DNA of 63,215 nucleotides, the filler included, from Craspedostauros australis (taxonomy: Eukaryota), in the NCBI GenBank assembly GCA_030167865.1. It is 12 parts of 12 records of this genome, joined end to end, with 100 filler letters (N's around TTAATTAATTAA, not from the genome) between each part and the next. Parts side by side here need not be neighbours in the genome. Positions count along the whole stretch, not along the records: positions 54,643 to 57,124 come from JALAGF010003527.1; positions 57,225 to 63,215 come from JALAGF010003528.1; 10 more parts are not named here. One strand, written 5' to 3'. The position numbers and the translations under genes were made by a program. Under the pieces are notes generated by a model. It was not told the origin of the DNA and did not search any database. It worked only from the letters and a program-made list of their open reading frames with translations. Shown in pieces: positions 55,066 through 63,215 of the stretch (position 1 is its first letter; every line of letters begins with the position of its first letter).

Positions 55066-55848
55066 ATGTTGTGTTGCTACGAGGGCTTCTGCTCGTCGTC
55101 GCCTGCTGCGTCGGCGCTGACACGCACGTCGCGTCACAACAATTCGAATCATGCAACGTTGGACACGAGCGAGATCTTCGATGAGGGCGCCTTCCGCTTC
55201 GTCTACCAGGGCGTCTACGATTCCGGCGCGCGCAAGGGAGAGAGGTGCGTCGCAAAGCAATTCAAGCAAGGCAGCGTCTACGAGACGCATTACTTCGACG
55301 CCGATATCAAGACGGTGGACATGGCCATGATGATCATCGAGGAATGGAACCGCGGTGATTACATCAACAAGATGGTCGTCGTCAATGCGCCCGAGATCTG
55401 GGCGCTGCAGCGCGGTCCCATGGCCGGTGCGAAGCTGCTCGTGGAGCCGTACATCCAGAACTACGAGAAGCTCAATTCCAACAGCGGCTGGAACGAGAGC
55501 GGATTCTCGTGGGCGCGTGCCATGCAGGCGCTGTCTCATTTCTCCTACCACATCACCGACGGCGCATGCCTGCTGTGCGATCTGCAAGGTGGCTTCTACA
55601 AGAACGGCATCGTCCTGACGGATCCAGCCATCATATCATCGAACGAGGATGGCACGTACGGACCGACCGATCTGGGTCCCACCGGCATCAGCTCCTTCTT
55701 CTCGCGGCATCGCTGCAACGAGTACTGCAGCAAGGACTGGATCGTGCCGCGCGATCGCAATCGGTATCATCACAGAAACAAGGGCACCAGCATGATCCAT
55801 GTCTCCACGCAGTACGATCGCAACGCAATGAGCCCGCGGCATGCTTGA
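55066..55848 (+). CDS. Alpha-kinase, redundant copy
   Basis: Reverse complement of 52746-53528 (coordinates sum to 108594). Confidence 0.92.
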   Translation: MLCCYEGFCSSSPAASALTRTSRHNNSNHATLDTSEIFDEGAFRFVYQGVYDSGARKGERCVAKQFKQGSVYETHYFDADIKTVDMAMMIIEEWNRGDYINKMVVVNAPEIWALQRGPMAGAKLLVEPYIQNYEKLNSNSGWNESGFSWARAMQALSHFSYHITDGACLLCDLQGGFYKNGIVLTDPAIISSNEDGTYGPTDLGPTGISSFFSRHRCNEYCSKDWIVPRDRNRYHHRNKGTSMIHVSTQYDRNAMSPRHA

Positions 55849-57124
55849 AGCATTGTCATGATGAAAGAGTTGCGTTGAAACAAGAAGGACAGCATGACAC
55901 GTACCGATGCATGGCCATGGCCCACGTGTGTTGCAGATGTGCTGCTGCACTGTCAAGTGCGCACGCTATTGTCATGAGTTGTGTCATACACTAGAATAAT
56001 GTAATAGAATGGATGGCCACAGTTTGTGATCCACCACTGGCGACAAGCACTCAAGCCGTGTCCTCTGTTGAGACAGCTATCTCTTTGTGATGAAGGATGG
56101 CAGCATCGTTGCAAATCCTGTCATGCCATGGCTGGCGATGATGTGATCGTCGCAACAAGAGGGATCACCCAAACAACGGCGCACCAAGAAAGAGAAAAAG
56201 TGATCATCGCCACCGCCGCCACCAAGAAGGAGGGATGAAAGAAGAGGGAGATGACACAAAGGATCGCCACAGATCGGGAAACAAATTTAACCGCATTGCA
56301 TACAAGAAGTCGTTGTCACATTCAACCACGCAAGCTCACAGAGGGTTCGCAGAAGCGGGCAAAATGATGCATGTCGCAGAACATCGTCTCGTGATTGACA
56401 TGGGTTGCATGTTTTGGTTTCGCCCTTCGTTTGAGACGCGGATGGTTGTGTCAACAACGTCGCTTCCAACGCAACGATCGGAAGAGCTTCATTGCCGATG
56501 ACAATAAATAGCGACATAGCGGATGAGCGTATGAGGTAGAAAGTGCGACAGCGACGAACTGGGCATTGATAAAAAGTGGTGACACAGGCCACATCAATCC
56601 AGACAGAGCATTTGCGAACGCTTTTGGGTACTCAGCTGTTACTGTGTGTCTTTTTCTCTTTGGGTTCGAATCTGACCGTTGCTTCGTGCGAAAGCGAAAC
56701 AGATGGCAGATCCTCACACAGTCAACCAAATCGATTCCGCAGACGCGCAACAACGTGGGTCAACAGAATCACAGGGAGTCATCGTAAAAGTCACAAAAAA
56801 CTATAATTTGCTTTTTGCTGACATCACGGGTCCCATAACAAGAGCACAGAAGAGCTGAGGACACAACGACCACTTCGACTAAATCAAAACGAATACAATC
56901 GACCCACCCGGCCAAACTACAACACAATCCGCCTCAACACCAACAATCTGCTCAAACATCAAGAACAAGTGAGATGGCTACTTTGAATATTCCTCCTCAG
57001 AAGGTTCTAATTTGGCTATATTTCTTTGATTCAACGATGCTGGCGCGCCGGTGTGGTGTGTTCCGTCCCCTACATCAAGTCGTGATCAACGACCAGTTGC
57101 CACACATCCCATCACATCACATCC

Positions 57125-57224
57125 NNNNNNNNNNNNNNNNNNNNNNNNNNNNNNNNNNNNNNNNNNNNTTAATTAATTAANNNNNNNNNNNNNNNNNNNN
57201 NNNNNNNNNNNNNNNNNNNNNNNN
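57125..57224. other. Artificial contig linker
   Basis: N44-TTAATTAATTAA-N44. Confidence 0.99.
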
Positions 57225-57226
57225 CT

Positions 57227-58696
57227 TCATGGATTGATCCTCTTGACACGCAGCTTGGTTCCGATGTACTTGAATGTCATGAAGTACGAAAGCTCGCCTT
57301 CCTCCACAACCTCGAACTCGTACTTTGACAGCACCTTCGGCATCACGGAGTACATCTCCGCCTTGGCCAAAGTCTGGCCGACGCAGTTGCGGTTGCCATG
57401 AGCGAACGTCATCATGCTCTTCAGCATGTCGTTCGTCGCGGTCTCCCAGCGCTTCGGGCTGAACTCGTCAGGGTTTTCGAACACGTGCTCACTGCGATGC
57501 GGCAGCATGTGCGGGAGGAACACGTTGGAGCCGCTTGGAAGCTCCACCTTCGTGTTGCTGGTCTCATCGAGGAGGACGAAGTCGCGGTTGAGCTTCCGGC
57601 CCGATCCCAACGCGATGACGGGGGCAATTCGGTTGGACTCCGTGATGACGTGTCTCATGCTCTCCTTGGCCGCCTCAGCATCATCGCCGAGCAACGATTT
57701 CTGCAGGTGCGTCATCGTCTCGGGATGCTTGGCCAACAACGTCACCGTGCTGGCCATGGTGTAACCCGTGGTATCGAAACCGCCAATGAGGAAGAGGACG
57801 ACGTCGGAGATCTTCTCGAGCTCAGTGCGGTAGTGCGGATTGCTGTCGATGAGCTTGATGGCGGTATTGTTGGTGGACTTGTTGGGGTTGTTCTGGTAGG
57901 CTCGCAGGATCTTCCTGCCAAATTCGGTGACGGCGTCTCCACATCGGCGGGCCTCGCGCACGGAGGGGATGAATGCTCCAAAGATCTTGCGCAGTGGGCT
58001 GAGGGACTGAGTGTAGGCGTACTCGCGGTACGCGATGAGGGAGTCGGAAGAGAACTGGTAGTACTCTTCATCGGTGGAGTTGTACTCGAAGCTGGCCTCC
58101 ATGACGGAGTGAAAGACGAGCTTGGGGAACTCGTGGCCAGGATCGAAGGTCTTGTCGGTATCGGCGAGAGGCTCGAGGACCTCGTCGATGAACTTCTGCG
58201 CGTACTTGTTGCAGATGCTGTTCATGCGGCTGACCTCGCTGGATGCGAAGGCTGGCATGACGCCCTTGCGGAATGGTTTGCATCGTGGATCCTCAAAAGT
58301 GCGCGTGATGAGGGATGGACACCCGACTGCGCCGTCGAACGACTTGTACAGAGCCCTGGACTTGTCCGTGGTCTTGTCCAAGAAGATCTCGCGCTGCGCT
58401 TTGGCATCGCCGACGATGTACAGGCCACCTGGCATGGGGATGTTGAGCTTGAAGATGGATGCGCCGGTGGCCTTTGCCGTGTTGAGCAAGAACCATGGCG
58501 AATCGCCTCCCATCATGGATGACATGGTCTCGAACATGCCGACCTTCGCGTTGGGCGGAGCATTCTTTGGTTGCGGTTTGTGGACGATGGTGTACAGCGC
58601 GAACGTGATCGCTGCGACGAGGACGGCCACGATGATGGAAGTGTCGGACATGGAAGGGATGGAAGGGATGGACATGGAAGAGATGAGGTCGCTCAT
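57227..58696 (-). CDS. Cytochrome P450, microsomal type
   Basis: N-terminal TM anchor and Pro-rich hinge; I-helix IGGFDTT; ExxR (ESNR); FSPKRW; heme motif FAHGNRNCVG. Confidence 0.95.
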   Translation of the reverse strand: MSDLISSMSIPSIPSMSDTSIIVAVLVAAITFALYTIVHKPQPKNAPPNAKVGMFETMSSMMGGDSPWFLLNTAKATGASIFKLNIPMPGGLYIVGDAKAQREIFLDKTTDKSRALYKSFDGAVGCPSLITRTFEDPRCKPFRKGVMPAFASSEVSRMNSICNKYAQKFIDEVLEPLADTDKTFDPGHEFPKLVFHSVMEASFEYNSTDEEYYQFSSDSLIAYREYAYTQSLSPLRKIFGAFIPSVREARRCGDAVTEFGRKILRAYQNNPNKSTNNTAIKLIDSNPHYRTELEKISDVVLFLIGGFDTTGYTMASTVTLLAKHPETMTHLQKSLLGDDAEAAKESMRHVITESNRIAPVIALGSGRKLNRDFVLLDETSNTKVELPSGSNVFLPHMLPHRSEHVFENPDEFSPKRWETATNDMLKSMMTFAHGNRNCVGQTLAKAEMYSVMPKVLSKYEFEVVEEGELSYFMTFKYIGTKLRVKRINP

Positions 58697-60585
58697 GGTG
58701 TCTGATGTTGTTGATGATGTTGTGGTGATTGTGGTGTTGTGATTTTGTGAGGGATGGAAACCGTGATGGGAGTATTGATACTCGTGCGTTGGTGGATGGT
58801 TGTTGGCTTCGGAGTGATTGCGATTGCGGATTATGTCTTGATGAATGGTGCTGGGGAATGATTCCTTTCGCTGCACCCGTATCTACCTGCAGAAACATGC
58901 CTGAGGTCGCGTCCTCTCAGAGGCTGTGGATGCGCCAACCCGCCGATGATCATCATGACAGCGGTGCTCCCACCGATCATGACCCATCGCGCAATCAGCT
59001 CAACTGAACTGAACGCAACTCAACTCAACTCAACTCAACTCATGTCACTACCAAATCCAGACAGAATTTTGACAAGCGGATGTGAACAGGCGGAGGAGGA
59101 GGAGACAGAGATGAAGGGAGAGAGGAAGAGGGTGCTGCAGAGGACTCAAGAGAGAGAGAGAGAGAGTGACGATGTCGGCAGTCTGATCCATTTCGTGTCA
59201 GAGCCAATCGCTCGTTTGATGGACCATTCGCCTTTGGCACAATTTGTCTTGTGTGACGCGCAAAGACATGTCCAGAATCTGCACAAGCAACTCTGGACAA
59301 CCAGGATAAATGATGGTAGCGATGGAGCAGAATGATGAGGTTGGACTGATTAACTCACTGTGTCAGCTACTTGCTGTGCCTTGTTTCTGTTTGGAGTTGT
59401 ACCCGGAGTGCACAAACACCACTATGTCTGATAAATCTCAGCGTTTTCGCACAAGTCACACGGCATTCACTGGTCGACTTGTTCGTGACACGTCGACACA
59501 AAGGACAGTCCCAACATGACGGTTCGTGTTTGGTTTGGAAGGACAATCGAGTGAGGCATGCGTCATTTGATGTCCGAGTTTGGCATCAGCAGAAAGGATG
59601 AATGAGACGCCAGAAAGGATCAATGTAACAACAACCGCGACGTGCAAGTCCAATCATGATGGATGCCATTGTTGTGCTTTCGAATTGATTCCATCCGGCG
59701 ATACCTTCGACATCGCCGATACATGAGCATGAATGATCAGTTGTCCCTTCGTTGTCATCTTCTTCTCGTGGCGACATGTTGTGGACTTTGCGAAATCGGC
59801 CGTCTTCCTCTGTTTGTATTTGGTTGGCCAGGAGCAACAGCAGCATCATGCAGATCAACCACTGCATGCCGATATTATCGAGCGTAGTAGACATGGAGTT
59901 GATCTGGACTACTCCCGATGGACATGGCAACAGAGAGCACGAAGAGTCAACTTTCGCACGATGGCTGATTGTATTGAAGCCTCTGTGCGGTTGTATATCT
60001 GTTTGTCTTGAAGTTCGAGTCTTGGTTCTAAATTAGAGCACACTCATTGTATTCCAATATCTACAATAGAGGGACACCCTATATGGTCATTGATGAAGAC
60101 AGACAATCACAAACAGCCATTCACATGTAACAAGACATACAACCGTGCAGACGACTGACAGCCACTCAGATATTCAACCTGTCGCACAAGAAGACGAACC
60201 GAAGGGACATCACCCTTACGACCCTTGCGAGTATGCCCACCAGTTGATCTTCAGACTGGTGGAAAGGACATTCCTTATTGCATGGTATTATAGATCTTTC
60301 ATGTCACTCTGTTTATCGCTTGGGCCTGCTTTTCGTTGGAGCGCAGCGTCATTGTTTTGTTGATCGCTGTGCCGTGTCGGTATTTGTGGACATCCGCGGG
60401 GCATGCGCGGGGCATATGGATACTGGAGCAGCGGCGACAGCGCAAGGCATCAGCATTGCCGGCGGCAGCGCGTCAAGAGAACTACACAGAATAGAATAGA
60501 CCATGGAGCATGTTGAATTTGAATAGAATTGAGTAGGCTCTAAATTCATTTGTGCAACATGCCCTGCACAGCGACATCTCCAAAA

Positions 60586-62089
60586 TCAGGAGTTGTCCAG
60601 AAGCGACCGACCATCGCCAGCATTGTTGTTGTTGTTGTTGTTGTTGTTTCGATTATCAATCTCCAGAATTCGCTTCACAATCTTTCTGCCCCAAATCTTG
60701 GAACCTTTCCCATCCGGATGCAGGCCATCCACCATGTGCTTGACTTCTCCGCTCGTCGTGTTCTGAAAGATGGACGTCGCATCAAAGAATTCGACGGACC
60801 GCGTCAAGCTCGCGTAGCACTGCAACCGCTCGTTGATCTCATGTGTGGGTGCGTGGAGGTCCTTGCCTCTGCTGGGCAGGATGGAATTGATGACGATCGT
60901 GGCGTTGGGCCGTTGCATGCGCAGTTCCTCCACGATGGCGATATTGCCCGCGACGACGGCGTCGACGGAGCAGTGATCAGTGCCCAGATCGTTCGTGCCG
61001 ATGAGCAACCACACGATTTTCGTCTGCAGAGTGCCTAGTCCATTATTTCGCAGTCGGAACAGCAAGTTGGAGCACTGCGTTCGAGTGTGCATATTTGCGA
61101 TGTGCGAATGGATGGCATGGGAAGTGTGATAGTAGGTGTCGCAAGAACATGGCGCAGGGAAATGGATACGCGTGTGTCAGCATGTACATTCGGTGCGGGA
61201 ACAGTGTCAAACAGAACATAGATGCAGTGCAGCGGACTGGGCATGGTACCATGCGCACTGCCATACTCGCCATTTCCAAACCTCCCAACGCACAAATCCC
61301 CTCCAGCACAACGCGATACCACAGGCACGCACACGAATGAACAACGCAGATACATCTCGCAATTCCGCTCACCCGTTCCGCGGCGATTCCCAATACGACG
61401 CCGTCCACTTGGGCGCCGTTGTCCATGTTGAAATAATCCTGGAACACCTTAGCGTTGGGCTGGTAGGTGGGGCTCGGTTGGCCGAAATCGGTCCCAAGCC
61501 AATGTTCCGTGATGGAATCCCCCAGCATCACGACATCCACACCCTCCGCTCCAAACTTCTGCGCCGCGTCCTCGGCATCCGCCTTCGTCTTTTCGAATGC
61601 TTTGTTCCACGGTTTCACCAATTGTTCCATTTGCAGAATGCGCGGCGTCGTGGGATTGAAGCACCTGCAGTCGTTCTCGATGATGGGAAGACACGACGTG
61701 AAATTGGCATCGTCCCAATACAGCTCCATCAACTCCTCAAAGGTCTCACCGGACTCCGTCTCGGCGCACGAGGGCACGAAGACCGATTCGTTTTCTGGCT
61801 CCTTCGACGAAAACACGCCATCCGTCATCGTCATGCTGCCGGCGTAGATGATGCCCACGAGGATGGGCAGCACCACGGTGACCGTCAGGACGGATGTCAC
61901 GATGAGTCGGTTGCTGGAGGATTTCCATATCGACAGAGCCGGCGGATTGTCGGTGAAGACGCCGTCGTTGTCGGCACTCTCGCTGTCATCATGATCTGGC
62001 GGCTCGATCTCCAACACGGAGGTCACCAGCGGTGCCATGTCATCATCCTCATTTTCTGCATCATCATCGGGAGCAAACGCGGGCGACAT
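60586..62089 (-). CDS. SGNH/GDSL hydrolase (PAF-acetylhydrolase-like) with N-terminal TM helix; exons 61373-62089 and 60586-61074
   Basis: LGDSITEHW, GIAAER/CSNLLFRL across a phase-0 GT-AG intron, LIGTND, DGLHP, poly-Asn tail. Confidence 0.9.
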
Positions 62090-62618
62090 CTCTTTTGTTG
62101 CGCGTTGTGTGCGTGGTGTGTCGTTGTCGTTGTCGTTAGAGATGACGTGTGAGCGCGGATGATTTTAGATTAGTGTGAATTAGTGTGAATTAGTGTGGAT
62201 GAACATGCGTTTGCGATGGCATCATCGTCACCATCGTCGATGCCGACAATCGTGATGGAATTGGCACAATTGGAAGTGGAGAACTGGACAGTCTTTGCAT
62301 TTTAGGTTCCATTTTAATCGTGCTTATGACCCATACCACGACTCAAGTCAAGCGAACCTATGGAGGCAGTCTAGATCGCAGAAATCTGCATGCATTGGCA
62401 TGTCTCATTGCATGTCAGCTCCTCGTATTCTGCTCTAAGCTGTTGCTCTATCATATTCTGGTGGCTCTATGGTATATTGCATGATATCATATGCTCTACT
62501 CTATTTACTATACGACTAGGAATCATGATGTTTGTGAGGGTGTCTTCGCAGAAGTTGGTTGGAAACAGGGTGTCACGAGTCACCAATGTATTGGAGTCAT
62601 CCTTTCCTCTCTCTCTCT

Positions 62619-63143
62619 CTACTTGGAGCTCGAGAAGTGTGCCAGCGCCATCTTCGAAATGGATTCCGCCACAACTTCCGGTTGCTCCTCGTAGATCTGG
62701 AATGCTGCCTTGGCGATCTTCACGAGCGGTTGCGCATTGATCGTCTTGACGGTGTCCTCACCGACTCGGATGGGACAGATCTTGTCATCGATTCCATGCA
62801 TTACAGTGATTGGGACAGATGCCGATCGGTCCACATTCACGGTCGCGAGAATGTCCCTCGCCTCGTCTCGTGTCAGCCACACCATCGCGGCGGAGTAGTG
62901 CACCGCCATGCTCTGATCGTTCTTGTTGCTGTCGATCTTTGCCACCTCCAAGACTTCCGGCTTGGTCGACGGCGAGAATCCCATCTTCAAGAACCCCAAC
63001 GTCAGCAACGGATGCAACCACGTGAGAAGCCACACGGGAAGGATCTTGAAGATCATGGGCCCGCCATTCTTCAACATGGGATGCACACCACGGAATCCCG
63101 TGCTCGAAAAGAGGAAGCCGGCAGTCGCGGCACGGATATCCAT
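62619..63143 (-). CDS. Alpha/beta-fold hydrolase, C-terminal part (5' end outside the window or spliced)
   Basis: VPITVMHGIDDKICP and IAKAAFQIYEEQPEVVAE match the C-terminal alpha/beta hydrolase pattern. Confidence 0.65.
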   Translation of the reverse strand: MDIRAATAGFLFSSTGFRGVHPMLKNGGPMIFKILPVWLLTWLHPLLTLGFLKMGFSPSTKPEVLEVAKIDSNKNDQSMAVHYSAAMVWLTRDEARDILATVNVDRSASVPITVMHGIDDKICPIRVGEDTVKTINAQPLVKIAKAAFQIYEEQPEVVAESISKMALAHFSSSK

Positions 63144-63215
63144 AAAGAGAGATTCTGTCTGGGGAGACCAAAAATGGCCATTTTGGGCTCAGGAGACAAA
63201 GTTACCCGGAGGTTC

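Noticed and set aside
55052..55120. Overlapping upstream ORF MASARCC...RRR before the alpha-kinase ATG
   Set aside because: True start and TSS unknown; cannot be distinguished from chance
52610..55984. Palindromic head-to-head alpha-kinase duplication
   Set aside because: Two overlapping contigs in opposite orientation separated by a linker
1..63215. rRNA, tRNA, CRISPR arrays, retroelement pol genes
   Set aside because: None recognisable by eye; small ncRNAs cannot be excluded without an Infernal/tRNAscan search

Overview
Eukaryotic nuclear DNA, most likely from a diatom. This is inferred from short GT-AG introns, bipartite signal-peptide plus ASAF-type plastid leaders, a cyclase-phosphodiesterase fusion and a gametolysin. 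It is not one continuous locus: 12 contigs are joined by 11 artificial 100-bp linkers (N44-TTAATTAATTAA-N44). Five contig pairs are redundant: allelic copies 2465-4224/4325-6096 and 46518-49463/49564-52509, and reverse-complement overlaps 6197-11427/26850-32080, 33899-34606/44649-45356 and 52610-53951/54643-55984. Genes recognised: a spliced M11 gametolysin-like metalloprotease, a TKL-like protein kinase, RidA, codanin-1-like, OMA1-like, a 2OG-Fe(II) oxygenase-LRR fusion, a LON-N/Tudor protein, an HA-domain protein, a UbiA-family prenyltransferase, a bacterial-type methyltransferase, MgtC, a Cys-rich protein, a guanylyl cyclase-PDE fusion, a 5-exon Nup98-Nup96, an alpha-kinase, a cytochrome P450, an SGNH hydrolase and an alpha/beta hydrolase. 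I cannot demonstrate a novel system. The best candidates are: (1) a ~1.76-kb repeated unit made of a conserved non-coding element and a degenerate P-loop NTPase ORF; (2) the PHD-like oxygenase-LRR fusion; (3) a spliced helical-domain plus HSP20-like gene in repeat-like DNA; (4) an apparent transposon end interrupting a plastid-protein gene; (5) symmetric FG-repeat exons in Nup98. All family calls come from motif recognition by eye, with no database searches.
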